DNA from: Eledone cirrhosa
Taxonomy: Eukaryota
Direction of reading: 5' to 3'
Length of the DNA stretch: 64,000 nucleotides
Assembly (NCBI GenBank): GCA_964016885.1
Contig: OZ024740.1
Location: forward strand, 281,356,001 to 281,420,000
In this document: piece after piece, positions 38,806-53,600 of the stretch
Position numbering within the stretch: the first letter of the stretch is position 1
Layout of the letters: every line of letters starts with the position of its first letter
Made by a program: the position numbers and the translations under genes
The notes under the pieces: model-generated
Database searches by the model: none
Told to the model about the DNA's origin: nothing
What the model saw: the letters and a program-made list of their open reading frames with translations, nothing else

Positions 38806-41073
38806 CTTTAATATAGAATAATATAACGACGCTACAATTGTTCGAATATTTTACTACTGCGTGTTCTAAGATTTTTCAAGACTTCCATGAGCCATGATTT
38901 CACTATTAGATTTAATTGACAATTCTACAATCAAATTTAAAGATTTTACTACATAACAAATTATATGTTCTTGGAATATTTCAAACTAAAATTAACTGTT
39001 GGAATGTGGCGTTAATATGTAGAATCTAAACTATAATAAATGGAGGAGCGCAGGACTGCGTACGGTTTATAATTGTTTATCCCATTAGTAAAATATGTTT
39101 TGTTTATTTAAAGATTCACTTCTTTAAAATTTCTGAAATGTCAACACTTCCGGTTGGCGATCGCCTACATAAACATACTAATTTTCTGTCACTAATTTTC
39201 TCCTAATGCAGTTTATATATAATATCGTCTTATTTAATGTATCATGGATTACGTTACTTACATAAGACAGTATAACAGTCTTCGTTCAATTTCTGTGTAT
39301 ATTGTCAATTACGATTTTATTTGATGTATCATATCTACATGTATATATACCTGCGTATAATATCAATATACACACTACACATGCTAGCAGGAAACCACCC
39401 GAAGGGTTGTTTTTCTGCTAGTATTATCTAATAATCACAACACTCGTATAGATTTTTTCTCCTACATATATAGACTATTAATAAATGAAATCCACTCATT
39501 ATGAAATCTCAAAACACTTATGTTCGAAGTACGAGTTATTCTCACTTCCTAATATTAAACATCCAATATATAATTGTCCAATTAAAAGAATTTACAATTT
39601 AAGTTCACTTATCTAAGTTTTGATAATCTACTCAAAGAAACACTTCTTTTCATGAAAATCTGGAATTAAATAGATCATGAAAGGAATACAATACATGTGT
39701 CAGATTGTTAAATAAATGTTTGATTCAAAATTAGAAATATCCATTCAGGCATACAGTCATATTTACAATTTAGTGAAAAATTCTGATGTGCTCGTATAAA
39801 TCAATATGTACAAGACAGTGTTTTGTGTGTGTGTGTGTGTGGACGGGGGGGAGGGGTATGCTAGATTCGAATCACATCATATTGTAGTTTTTCTTGAAAG
39901 CATATGTGCACTAACGCAATGCTATAATATAACGTCCCTACTCTGATACATAGCTTTTAAATCGATTTATATATGTATTCCAACAACAGATTTGGTAATA
40001 GTTATTTTAAAATTTCTCCTGTCAAATTGAGAGTTAATATTATCAGTAACCTCTGTTATTGTTGTTGTTGTTTTTGTTTTGTTTTTCAGATATAGAATAC
40101 AGAGTTCAGTCTTGCTTCTTTCAATCGAATATAACATTTTATAAAAGTTATTCAATTGTTAATTCTATTATATATCGTATCGCTACTTAGAGTAATGCAT
40201 AGTATCTTCTCATGAGGCGTTGTAGGAAAAGATTATATAAAGAAACATAATTACAACATTATAATCAGTTAATTGCATAAAGTATATACTATACAATAGA
40301 TACGCTACACTAAATATAACCAAATTATCAATAACTAGAAAATCGCAAACTTCTTCAGTTACAATACATGTTAATATTAGTATGCATATTCTAATATATT
40401 TCTTGATTTTATCAAGACACAATATATCTATATGTAGTAGACATATATTTCTTCAGACAATATCCTTTCAATATAAAATTATTATAGCAATGTGTTTATA
40501 AAAAAAAGAAAGAAAGAATAAAGGAACCTTTATTACAACGTAGCGTTGACGTAACATGGAATGCATTAGAAATCATTAATTATTGATGAAATAAAAATAG
40601 TTTAATAAAAAAGAAATAATTCAATTTCAGTATAATAATGTTCACATTAAGCGTGTGTGCACTTTGGGAGATGAAAGCTTGTTGTTGATAGAATATTATT
40701 GTCTAAAATATAGTTTTAATTTATTTTTCTACTTTAAATTTCTTCTATAGTGGGACAAAATATTGTTTTCAATTTAATATAGTGCGTTAGAACATTAGAT
40801 TTTTAATTTCCTCTCATCGAGCCTGAATCTGTATTTTGTATTAAAGTATTAATCATATATCGATATTGTTTCGATTATTTTCAAAGTTTTCTTACAATTC
40901 TAGACCCCGTTGTAAATATGTTGTAAATAACAGCATAATATAATGGCATCATTTTACTTGGTAAAATCAAAACTGAAGGATCAACAATAAATCGAATGAA
41001 TCACAATATTTAAATGAATCAAGGATGAATTAAACCACTCGGGTGAGCTTTGAAAATAGAAATTAAATTCATT

Positions 41074-42336
41074 TATAGGGTGACTCAAAACAATTGGCCG
41101 TGTGCACGTTTTGTGTCACTGTATATTCATTTTCTAACCGATTAACCTTAAATTTAAGGACATGGCAGATACAACGCCTAAGAAGACAAAAGTATAATGG
41201 AAGCTCTAGCACCAGATTTTCTGTGTAAAATACTACTATAAGTGTAGCTCGCACAAGCAGGTCCAGGAGCAATTTCATGCATTTGGGGGAACAGACAAAT
41301 CTCCCTTCAACGCCAATATACAAAACTGGGTGAGAAAATTTGAGACCTATGGAACAGTAGAGAACTTCAATACAGTGTCTGAGAACCATCTAACCCAACC
41401 CATTCTGGCGACCCAGGAAGCGTATGCAGGAGTGTTTTGATATGATCCGAGAGTCTGTTGAAGAGAGCCCAAAACGATCCTTATATAGAAAGGTCGTCAA
41501 ACAACATCTTAAGAAGTGTCCCTACAAAGTACAGACTAATCAAAAGCTTACTAAAGCTCATAAGACCTAAGTTTTCTGAATCTGCTCTGGACTTCTGATG
41601 AAGCCCATTTTTACTTAGAGAGGGAGATCAACTCTCCGAAGAATGTATGTGTTCTGAGGGAAAAAGAAACCAGTGAAAAGGCTACGAAACCTCTTCATTC
41701 GGCTAAATGTAACATCTGGGCTGCAATTCTGAGAGAGAGTTGATTGGCCCATTCTTCTTCGAAGAAATGTTGTCATTGCTACAGTCATAAAGGAATGATA
41801 TATGAAGATCTTGGTAGATTTCTAAAAGAGCTACAAACCATGCACCCATCTCTAATTAATACGTTGTGGTTCCAGCACGACAGAGCAAGCTCTCACACCT
41901 CCAATGAGTCAGGAGAATGGCTGAAAAATAACCAATCGCGAGATCAGTTTGAAGACTGATTTTGTGTGGGCCCCACAGAGCCCTAATTTACCCCCCCCCC
42001 CCCCCCGGATTTGCTTCTTTGTGGCTATCTGAAGGATAGTGTATATGTCAACAAACTTAAGACCTTCATTGAACTAAAAGAAAACACCAGGAAGGGTATC
42101 AGATCCATCCCTATGTCTGTAAAGATGCTATGCTAAATTTCATCATATGCCTCAAAACATGCATGAATTCAAATGAGGTCACTTGGATCATGTACTATAA
42201 CTTTGGACAGAAACATCAAAAGATAGGGAATTGGGGCGAGTGTTAATGGTTTGAACTAAAGGTATTTGGTGAATCATCAGCTTACGTCAAAAACTGAGTG
42301 ATATAGACAAAAGTATAAAGGGGGCCAGTTGTTTTG
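41074..42336 (+). mobile_element. Degraded Tc1/mariner-superfamily (maT/DD37D-like) DNA transposon
   Basis: WTSDEAHFYL, WFQHDRASSH and WAPQSPNL...GYLKD.VY remnants; partial TIR caaaacaattggcc / ggccagttgttttg. Confidence 0.75.
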
Positions 42337-42989
42337 TTTTTTTTAGTTTGTATATCGTACCATTTTTTTTTTGTGATATTTGCACAAACTCATCATTCTT
42401 TTTGTCTTAATTTGACATGTTTTCCCGAGAATCATTTTACGCAGAGAATATGGTTTTTCAAACAAAAGTTTTGAGTAACATTATCAATTGGAAAATATAT
42501 GAGGATTTTCGCAAGAGAAAGAAATAATTCCATCTAACTTTATTAAAGCCATTAATATATTCCTAGTATTTGTTTATCTTATACCGAATCTATTCTACTT
42601 TGTGTAAACAAAGCTACTGCTTAGGCATTATCAGAATAAAATATGTTTAAATCCGAATTATTTTCTCTTTAGTTTGAAAACGATGCCCTCCAGCACTGGC
42701 CCATATTTTACTATTCTCTACAGTTTTCAATTTCTTTAGTTGAAAACAGAATAACTAGTAAAAACCAATTAATTAATTATAATGTGATCTGTCAATTCTT
42801 CTAATTCCCAATACAGAAACAACCTCATTTCTATTATCTATTGCAAGAAACAATTTGATTGCTTACTTCCTGAGACTGTTTCCTTATAATTTGCATTAAT
42901 GCTTTCTTACGGTGATAAAAAAACTAAACTTCGTTGACTACAGTAAAAACATTGGAACCAAAAATAAAATAAGGAATATATGTAAACAT

Positions 42990-43262
42990 ATGCAAATAAA
43001 GTATTCTGGCAGACCATCCGCCGACTTTGTAATAAGAAGTCCCCCTTCACGCCTACTATCAGGAATGCCCCCATATGCATCTGCGTGAGGTGGAGAGAAT
43101 ACTTTGCTGATCTCCTAAACTGGGTCACACACTATTTTAATGTAATGTGGTACAACTAACAGCAATGACTAACCACTCGGAGAGTGTGATCACTGGAGCA
43201 ATAAATAAACTCGAATATGCCACGGCCTCTGAGTAGGGTGAAATTCGTCTCGAGAAGTTTTT
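42990..43262 (+). pseudogene. RTE-type LINE ORF fragment
   Basis: NKVFWQTIRRL...RWREYFADLLN...AINKL. Confidence 0.65.
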
Positions 43263-43473
43263 TTAATGGGCTTTATCCACGAGAGACTCTTGGAGATGTC
43301 CCCACTATTGGGGAATTTTCCTTTGTTTCATTTTTTTTTTTGTTACATTCTTTGTTTTTATTTTATTTATTTGTTTTTACACGCAGAAACGCCCAGTTGT
43401 ACCGTCCTGTGCTGTCCTTAATGTTATGTTTTGTGTCAACCCTTATAGATAATAAAGAAAACATTATTATTAT
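43263..43473 (+). mobile_element. Tx1-type 3'UTR-only stub with (ATT)n tail
   Basis: gggctttatccacg...ccccactattggggaatttt...acacgcagaaa...gtaccgtcctg...aataaagaaa matches the Tx1 3'UTR. Confidence 0.8.
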
Positions 43474-44823
43474 TGTTACTCTTGGAGTGTCAGTCATTTA
43501 GGTTTGTTAAAATGAATATCAAGCCGCTACCTGCAGCCTCAGATATTCAGGACATATCGGCGGGTTCATGCTGTTCCCAGCAAGCATGCCTTTTGAAGTG
43601 TTCCAAAAAAGGGGGCTGGACAAATGTTCTTTAACCATCCCTGAAAACTCCTATGACAATCGGGACGACATTGATCTCAGGACAGTCCCAAATCCTTTTT
43701 AACTCCCACTTTAAATCCTGGTATCGGCTAATTTTCTCCTTCTACTTCTCCTTTTCTACAATCAGACACGATATTTTTTCCTTGTCCTATTGTGTTCTAA
43801 TTTGTCCGTCTGTATCCTGAAATCTCGTTTTCTATCACCCACTCTGCATTATGCTCATACCACTTCTCAGAATGTGGTAAATTGTTTAGTTTGCGTAATG
43901 TCATATCATATCTCCAGCCTTTATAGTGGGTCTGGGCTAGGTGTTTACACTCGGATACGATGTGATCCACAGTCTCCACAGATCCTACACAGTGAGCTGG
44001 CCTCCTCCTTGTCAATATTGTGTTTCACTCACTTCGTTCTGAGGGCTAGCTCTTGTGCAACCATTAGCATTTCTTCTGTAGCTTTTTTAAGGTCTCCTCT
44101 TTTTAAACAGTTCCATGTCTGTGGATCTCTGAATTCCGTTTTCTTAAAGGTGCTATGAAGGGATTTTTCAGGAAGGTTGCTCTTTCTCTTTGTTGTTATT
44201 TCCTCCTTTGGGCATCTCCTGGGCTATTCTCTTCTCCTTCAGTACAACTTTGAGCATTGGCTCCCTACTCTGAGACACATATTTGTGCAGGTTATTTTTC
44301 TCCATCTGAACACAGTCCTCTATGTTGATAAGACCTCTTCTACCTTCAGATCGCTTTAAGTAGAGTTTGTCAACATCACTTGTGGAACATGTTGTAGATA
44401 GTCAATAGCTTCCTAGTCTTTCTATCCATTTCTTTTTGTTCAGCAGCATTCCATTTCAGAATTCCCGTACTGTACCTAATAATAGACACAATTCGGAAAT
44501 TTACTGCACTTATGACATTCCTACTATTTAGATATGATTTTTGTATGTTCCTTACTGTCCTTATGTATTCAGATCTGATCAATTCCTTCATTTTATTGTT
44601 CTTGGTGTCATCTGCTTCCAGAACACCCAAATATTTGCATCCCTATTCAGTGTCGATTTCCCTTATCATCTCACCTGTTGGTACCTGGATGCCGTTGCTG
44701 CTGCTCATTTTACCCCTCTTCATCACTAGGACTCCACATTTATTAACAGCAAATTCCATAGATATATCATTGTTAACAAGTACATCCAACTCCTTCTCAC
44801 TCTTCCCAAAGTGTTTTAGATCG
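43474..44823 (-). mobile_element. 5'-truncated, degraded Dong-type copy (D3)
   Basis: GVLEAD...[18 protein letters not shown] and ETVDHIVSECKHLA; (TTA)n on both sides. Confidence 0.9.
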
Positions 44824-44840
44824 TTATTATTATTATTATT

Positions 44841-47800
44841 TACCAGACAATCAAGGTAAGTGATCCTTTCTCACTTGCCCTCTTCCTCACGTGTAAACGT
44901 GTAAACGTGCGTGGCTTGCGCTCGGTTTGGAAGCAGAGACACTTGCTTAACGACCTCAGGTCACTAAACATAGATGTGGTGGCCATCAGTGAGACGAGAA
45001 TCTCCGAAACGCAAGCCTTCGCACCGATTTCGACGGTTACGAGGTGTACACATCTCCGAACCGTCCGGGAACGGGGAGCGGAGTGGCTGTGTTGTTTCGG
45101 AAAGGCTTGGGTCTCGCCATACGGACCATCTTCCCCGACCCAGAAGGTAAGTTGGTGGTGCTGGACGTAAGCGGCACCGAAGGCAACGCTTTCAGGCTAG
45201 CAGCCGTCTATGCCCCGACAGGGACAGGACGGCCAGATTTCTTTAGACGTCTAGAGACCGTTCTTGGAACGTCCCGCTCTTTAGTGTTAGTGGGCGACTG
45301 GAACGGTATCTTGGATGCATGCTGGGATTGTGTAGGGCTAGTGGATAGGGCAGAAGGGCGCAAGAGCCTCTCCAACCTGCTCAGACGTTTTGAACTGTCT
45401 GACAGGTATCGACTGGATCACCCGAATATGCCAATGTGGACATGGACAAACCGCATCGGGTCATCCAGATCGTATCTCGATAGGGTTTTCTGCAGAGAAC
45501 TAGATAAGGCTAGTATAAGTTGTCCACAAATTAAAATAGTCGACTACACAGACCACAAATGTGTGATCTGTGAGATCGACATAGACAGACTACAAGGGCC
45601 CGGTTACTGGAAGCTGAACGCGTCTTTCCCGGCGCGCAAAGCCTACAGAGACCGGATTAGTGTATTAGTTAAGCGGGCGTTGACGGGAGCGGTCGCCAAC
45701 AACAGGTGGTGGTTCACCCTGAAAAGGGCAATTAATGTAGAGTCGATTAGGTTTAGCAAAGGACTAGTGATAGAGGAAAATAGAGTAGAGGGAGAGCTAG
45801 TCAGAAAGCTAGAAGAGGTGTTTAGGACAGGCATCGCAACCGAGGTGCTTGTGGCGAGATTGGCACTCGACCAATTCTTCAACGCAAAACACGAAGGCTG
45901 TGGTGTCAGAGCTAGAGCGCGTGCTCTGAAACACGAGGGGACAAAAGCCGTCCAATGGGCCCGGGAGGCAGAGGCGCGACGTGGCAACAAAGCCGCAATT
46001 CGGTCTTTGTCTGACCAAAACGGGTGCGTATTGCTCGAACCCGAGCAGTTGTGTGGAGTTTTTCAGCAGCACTTTGTGAACTGTTCGGGAACAGCGGCGG
46101 CCCGGATCGGGGCATGGACTTCAGTGCATACTTCGACGGACTGCCTCGGCTCTCGATGACCGCAGCACAGTGTTGCAAAAAGCCAATAACAGCCGGTGAA
46201 ATACGGGAGGCGATGGCTAACTGCACGAGGGGTAAATCGTCTGGTTTGGATGGTCTGCTCTACGAGTTTTAAGCATTTATGCCAGACATGTTGTTGACCT
46301 CTTGGCAGACGTCTATTGCAAATGGCAGCAGAACGGGAGCATTCCCAGTTTTGTGAGCCGGTAGCGGTGGCGCTGCTGAGAAAAGACCCGAACAAAGGGG
46401 ATGTTATCGATAACTTCAGGCCCATAACCCTGCTAAACGCAGAGTTAAAGATTTTGGCCAAGGTGTTAGCAACGAGGTTGGCGCTTGTCGTCGAGGGTCT
46501 GGTGGGAGAGGCGCATACATGCGCCATTCCGGACAGATCCATACACGACAACCTCCACCTCTTGCGATACATCGTAGAGAGGGAGGTTAAGGAACCTGGT
46601 ACGAATCGGGCCCTGATCAACTTGGATCAATCCAAAGCATTCGATAGGGTCGACCATCGGTACCTGGCGGTGGTCCTCGAGGCAGCCGGTTTCGGGTCCG
46701 TTTTCAGCGACATCTGATCGGTTGTCAGAGTGAACGGTCACCTGTCGCAGCCGTTCAGCATCATGATCTCGGTCTACCAGGGTTGTCCCCTCTCGTCCCT
46801 CTTGTACGTATTGGCTCTCGAGCCGTTACTGCACAAACTGGGGGCGATGAGGGGCGTCCCACGCGAACTAGGATGCGGGAAATCCGAGTCGGCTTGCGCC
46901 AACGATGTCACCCTGGTAGTGTTGAGCACCAGACACGTCCAGATGCTGGGCACCGCTCTCAAGGAATACGAAGCGATGCCAGGAGCAAAGATAAACCAGG
47001 AAAAGTCGGTGGGCTTGCAGCTCGGCACCTGGAGAGGCAAGTCCATGCCGTCCGACAGTGTCGTGGGGGCGTTGGACGGACGGACCGGTTAAATTGCTCG
47101 GGGTCTGGTTCGGACCGGACCTCCAGATGGAGAAAAGCTGGAGCGAGGTGACGAGCAGGGTGGCCACCCTTACCCAGAAATGGGCCGAGAGGAAGCTATC
47201 CCTGAAAGGTCGGGCGGAGGTGGCGAATGCGTACATCGCATCCGTCATCTGCTACCGCCTGACCATCGTCCCTTGCCACGTACCAACTCTCACCAAAATG
47301 GAATGTCTCCTCTTCCGCTTTTTGTAGAAGGGACGCGTTCCCATGGTCAGACGATCCATCTGCTGTCATCACTCGTTGCGTGGAGGACTGGGCATGTCAT
47401 GGCTGATGATGCGCAAACATGCGCCGAGGCTGCGACATCTCTGGTGCTTCCTTGACGGTGGACAGGCACTTTTTCCCACAGCTCGTCTCATTGACGGAGC
47501 TGCAATCCTGGGTTAAGAAAAGACCGAGGGATAGCGCTTGGAAACTGGAATGTCACCAGGCGCTCACTGCCCTCTGCCAGCTAGGCATCAGTATCGGTGG
47601 AACATCCAACTCGGCGTTCTATAGAGGACTAGTGGAGGGGAAGAACGACGACGTTCTCGGAGAGATCCTGGGCGTCGAAGAAGATCAACTGTTTGCTGTC
47701 TTCCGGAGAGCTTTCAGCCCAGGGCCTATGGATAACTTCCAAAAATCCCTGGCCTGGCAGTGCTACCGGGGAGCGTTGCCGGTTCGAGATAAGCTCTACA

Positions 47801-48565
47801 GGCACGGAAGTGCCGTCAGCCGAGCCTGTCCGAGATGCGCGCATAGCGACGAAACCATCGTGCACGCTCAGTGCCCGAGCATTGCTAACTTGTGGAGCTA
47901 TGTCGAACAGTTGCTGTCGCGTGTAGGACTGATCCGGTTATCGACTGAGTCCATATTGCAGATGGTCTCTCTGTCTTCCTTCGAGGAAATGGCAAGCGGC
48001 TTTCATCTGCCTGGTGGCCATGGCAAAAGAGATTGTGTGGTGGACAAGGTTGAAAGGGTTAAAGACAGACACTTTCCTCTTCGGCGAATCCCTAATTAAC
48101 TTTTTCAAGTTTCACTTGAAGAGGAAAATCAGGGTGGAGAGGCAAGTGCTGCCTTCTAGCAAGTTTGTTGAAAGGTGGGTGAATGTAGCGAGAATGGTCC
48201 GAGTGAACAGGACCGCTCTGAATATACGCCTGTAGTTTGAGAAATGGAAAAATTGAGAGAGGGCACTTGCCCTGGTGGTCAGGGTGGCCGTGGTCTTCTG
48301 TGCGGTTTTCGCCACGAGTAATCCTCAGAGGTTTCCCCCTATTGGGAAATTGTTTCATTGTTTCACTTTTCATTTTTATTGTTTATATATATATATATGT
48401 TTCTATGTCTTTTTTTTTCTTTCTTTATATAAATAATAAAAATCTTTACACGCACAAAACCCATATCGTACCGTCCTGTACCGTCCTGTGCCGTCTGTAA
48501 AGTTTTTCTTGAGGTCAGCCCTTGTGGCCAATAAAGAAATCATTATTATTATTATTATTATTATT
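44841..48565 (+). mobile_element. Tx1-type element, divergent subfamily C, 5'-truncated and frameshifted
   Basis: APE, RT and CCHC fragments homologous to 56576-59995; AATAAA and (ATT)n at 48542-48565. Confidence 0.92.
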
Positions 48566-48778
48566 GAATGCCATGGTTGACGGAGGCTCGGCTCTGTAAG
48601 GTATAGTAATTTTTAACCGTTAAAACAATTGTAAATTGTTTAAAACTTGAACCAAATTGTTGATAAAGACACCCTCCTCCTCGTGAGAGGGGTCTTTCTG
48701 TCCGTTATTTGGCCCTTCGGGGTTAAATAACCAGTTATTGGGGTTTTGTACCCAAAATTTCATTTTAAACAAAAAAAC

Positions 48779-50698
48779 ATGGCTACCAAAAAGAAATTTC
48801 ATACGTCACTCCCACTCATTCCGTCTTCTTCTTCCTCAATCATCACTACAGCAGAGAGAAGATTGTCTCTCTCCCTCCCTTCTTTAAATGTGTCTCTCTC
48901 CCTCCCTTCTCTTTCGCAAGCGACGAAAGAAAAGAAAAGTCTCGTGCAAAGCGTGCAAGGTTTCTCCACGACGACGACGACAGCGACGAAACAGGTGTGC
49001 GGGAAATACGAAAACCCAGTTCATTCGTCTGACGTCAGGAATAATAGCAGTAGCAGCCGTAATAACAACAGCAACAGTGACAATGAAAACAACAGTAGCA
49101 GCCGCAACAGCATCACCAGCAGCATAAACAACAACAGCATTAGCAGCAGCAACACCAACAACAACCACAGCAACAGCGGCGGAGGCAGTAGTCGTAGTAC
49201 CTGCAGCAACAAAAGTACCAGCAGCTCTGACGACAACAACAACAGCAGAGAAAAACCAATCTCATTTGCAGGTATTGCGAAAAACTTGGAAACAATCCTC
49301 ATAACAAATGAGGAATTAGAGGAAGCGAAGAAGATGGTGACAAAGAACGGACACCGAGCAATCTGCAAGGCAGCGAAACATTTTTTCGAAACCCAAGAGC
49401 ACTGTACGGTCACGTACCGTACAGTAAGTACAAAATCCCGTAGGGTGGAAAGAGCCACAGAGGCCCAAATACAAAAAGCCTTGGGGTCTGTGTGGCAGAG
49501 GAAAACGCACATCACCCAAGGCAAAAAATACGCCACCGTAGACGTACTTTTTGCCACACCCCAGGAGGCAAAGGCCCAATCAGTAGTGACCCTAAGGAGC
49601 GAGGAAATGGTGTTGGTGCCCTCCTACTGCGGGCAAAAAATTGTGAGGGTCAAACTGACCCACGTCCCCCCCGGAATGACCCCTTCTTGGCTGGCCGCGT
49701 CTGTCCTCGTCGGAATCGAGGACAAAACAACTGTACTGCAAGTACAGAAAAAAGTAAGAGAAGATTGGGTCGGCTCCTCCATTGAGATGCTAATCCAAAC
49801 CAACCAGGAGTGCATCGAAGCTATCCCGGATGTGATAGACTTCGATAACGGCACTCAACTGCCCATAAGTGTTGAGGGCAAACGCCCGAAATGCTTTCGC
49901 TGTGGATCGAAGACTCACCTCAGGGCCTTCTGCAACGAGAAGACCCTGAGAAAGGAGAAAACCCCCCTCCTTCCGAATCCGGCTCCACGGCTACCAGCAA
50001 CAGGACAAGCGGCAACCAGGAACGATAGGTCCGTGGCACCCATACCCACTCCACGGAAATCAAAGACAGCAGCAGCAGTGGAAATATTAACAACAACAAC
50101 AGCAATACCAAATGCAGCTGCAACAGAGACTCCAGTGCAAACATCACCAACAACAACAAGTGAAAGAGTGGAGCTGGTACCCCTCCCCGACCTTACAGAA
50201 TCAGACATGGATGTGTGAGGTGGGAGAGGGATGGCAAAAGGTCGCAAGAAGGCACAAACGCAGAAGCAGCGCATCGTCGCCTTTGAAAAGGGAGGAAAGA
50301 AATGAGAAAAGGGTAAAGTCTACTGCAAAGAGACCCACAGCAGCAACACCACCAACACCATCACCACCCACACCAGCACCACCATCACCACCGGCGACAA
50401 CCCCACCGCCAACAACACCTTCAACACCACCACCACAAGCACCAACATCGCAAACACAACAACAAAACACACACACCCAGCAACAACGACAAGAAAATAG
50501 CAGAACCACACCCCACCCCCAGAAAAACAAATGCACGGCAATAAACACACACAACAAGAAACTAATGACTTACATAATTGAACACACAGACATTTCAAAA
50601 CAGGACTACATAATACCAGCACCAATCAAAACGCCAACTAACATAAGACTGCTAAAAATAGCACAGAAACAATACACAAACATTAAAACGAAATTCCC
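48779..50698 (+). pseudogene. ORF1 (gag-like, CCHC knuckle) of copy A1, frameshifted at about 50212
   Basis: CFRCGSKTHLRAFC; one extra base relative to A2. Confidence 0.85.
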
Positions 50699-53600
50699 GA
50701 TGTGTACGCATCTCCCAGCCGTCCTGGATCGGGTGGAGGAGTTGCTGTGCTTTTTCGGAGAGGTTTGGATCTCGCCATACGGGCCATCTTCCTGGACCCA
50801 GAGGGTAAGCTGGTGGTGCTGGACGTGACCAGTGGAGACGGGCAAGCTTTCAGGCTAGTGGCCGTCTATGCCCCGACAGGAGCAGGGCGGCCTGATTTCT
50901 TCCGGCGTCTGGAGACCTTTCTTGGAACGTCCCGCTCTTTAGTGTTAGTGGGCGACTGGAACGGGATCTTAGATGCACGCTGGGACTGTGTGGGATTAGC
51001 GGATAGGGGTGGAGGGTGCAAGAGCCTCACCAACCTGCTCAGGCGTTTTGAACTGTCTGACAGGTACCGATTGGATTTCCCGAATGTGCCAATGTGGACT
51101 TGGACAAACCGCATAGGGTCATCCAGATCATATCTAGATAGAGTATTTTGTAGGGAAATAGATAGGTCTAGCATAGGCTGTCCACAATTCAAGATAGTCA
51201 GCTACACGGACCACAAATTCGTGATCTGTGTGCTTGACTTAGATAGGCTTCATAGACGAGGACCCGGCTACTGGAAGCTAAACGCGTCCTTACCAGCGCG
51301 CAAGGCCTACAGAGACCGGATTAGCGAACTAGTTAAGCGGGCGTTGACGCGGGCCATCGTCAACAACAAGTGGTGGTTTGCTCTGAAAAGAGCGATTAGA
51401 ATAGAATCGATTAGGTTTAGTAAGGCTTTAGCAATAGAGAAAAATAGAGCAGAGGGAGAACTAGTTAGAAAATTAGACGAGGCGCTTAGCAAAGGCATTG
51501 CGACCGACGTGCTTGCGGCGAAATTGGCCCTTGACCAATTCTTCAATGCAAAGCACGAAGGCTGCGTTGTCAGAGCTAGGGTGCGTGCTCTCAGACACGA
51601 GGGGACGAAAGCCGTTCAATGGGCCCGAGTGGCGGAGGCGCGTCGTGGCAACAAAGCCACGATCCAGTCTTTGGTGGACCACGACGGGCGCATGCTACTC
51701 GATCCCGGGCAAATGTGTGAAGCTTTTCAGCGACACTTCGCTCAGCTGTTCGGGGGCAGCGGGGGGCCGGGTAGAGGGATGGACTTTAGTGTCTACCTCG
51801 ACGGACTGCCGCGGCTCTCGGCCACTGAGGCGAAGTGTTGCGAAAAGCCGATAACAGCCGCTGAAGTACGGGAGGCAATGACTGGCTGCACAAGGGGTAA
51901 ATCGCCTGGTTTGGATGGTCTGCCCTATGAACTTTACGTACAGATGCCAGACTTGTTCGGAGGCCTCTTGGCGGACGTCTACTGCAACTGGCAACAGAAC
52001 GGGAGAATTCCCAGTTCTGTGAGCCGAGGAGCGGTGGCACTGCTGAGAAAGGATCCGAACAAGGGGGATAACATAGACAATTTCCGGCCCATAACTCTGC
52101 TAAACACAGAGTTTAAGATTTTGGCCAAGGTGCTAGCAAAGAGGTTGGCGCTTGTCGTTGGTGGTCTGGTGGGAGAGGCGCAGACATGCGCCATTCCCGA
52201 CAGATCCATCCACGACAACCTCCACCTCATGCGATACATCGTAGAGAGGGTAGCTAGGGAACCTGGCACGGGTGGGTCCTTGATCAATTTAGATCAGTCG
52301 AAAGCTTTCGATAGGGTCGACCATCGTTACCTAGCGGCAGTCCTGAGGGCGGCTGGCTTTGGGCCCGTCTTCAGAGGCTGGATCGCTGCCATGCACAGCG
52401 ACATCTGCTCTGTGGTGAGAGTGAACGGTCACCTGTCGGAACCGTTCAACATCATGCGCTCGGTCCGCCAAGGATGTCCCCTCTCGTCCCTCTTGTACGT
52501 ATTGACTCTCGAGCCATTACTGCACAAACTGGAGACGTTGAGGGGAGTCCCGCGCGAACTAGGATGCGGAAGATCCGTGTCAGCATATGCGGACGATGTC
52601 ACCGTAGTGGTGTCGAACGCCAAACACATCGAGGCGATCGGCACTACACTAAGAGAATACGAAGCGGTGACAGGAGCAATGATCAACCAGGAAAAGTCAG
52701 TGGGCCTGCAGCTCGGCACCTGGAGAGGCAGGTCCATGCCGTCCAACAGCGTCGTCGGGCGCTGGACGGACGGACCGGTTAAATTGCTAGGGGTCTGGTT
52801 CGGTCCGGACCTCCAGACGGACAAAAACTGGGACGAGGTGACGAGCAGGGTGGCTTCTCTCACCCAGAAATGGGCGGAGAGGAAGCTATCCCTGAAAGGT
52901 CGAGCGGAGGTGGCTAACGCGTACATCGCGTCTGTCATCTGCTACCGCCTAACCGTCGTACCTTGTCCTAAGCCTCGCCTGACTGCGCTGGAGCGTTTGC
53001 TCTTTCGCTTTTTGTGGAAGGGACGTGCTCCGATGGTCAGGCGGTCCATCTGTTGTCAACACCCGCTACGTGGAGGGCTGGGCATGCCGTGGCTGATGAT
53101 GCGCAGGCACGCGCTCAGGCTACGACATCTCCACCTCTTCCTCGACGGTGATCAGGTGTGGTCGCCGTTTGCTAGACGCGTTTTTCCCCAGCTCGTTTCC
53201 TTGACGGAGCTGCAGTCCTGGGTCAAGCGAAGACCGAGAGGGAGCGCCTGGAGACTGGAATGTCTTCAGGCGCTCACAGCCCTCGACCAATCGGGCAATG
53301 TGATCGGTGGAAACTCCACCTCGGCGTTCTATAGAGGATTAGTGGAGGGGAAGAGCGACGACGTACTTGGGGAAACTCTAGGCGTCGACGAAAATCAACT
53401 AGCCAATCTCTTCGGAAGAACTTTCGGGCCAGGGCCTATGGACAACTTCCAGAAATCTCTGGCCTGGCAGTGCTACCGAGGAGCCTTGCCAGTTCGGGAT
53501 AAACTCTACAGGCATGGAGGTGCCGTCAGTCGGGCATGTCCGAGATGCGCGCAGGGCGACGAAACCGTCCTGCACGCACTCGTCCAGTGTCTGAAAATTG

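Noticed and set aside
39900-40450. Host gene exons
   Set aside because: Short AT-rich ORFs with no recognisable domain or splice support.
50690-50705. A1 junction deletion as a splicing product
   Set aside because: The removed segment has no GT-AG ends and the join is out of frame. Similar microhomology deletions occur at about 16262 and 62510.
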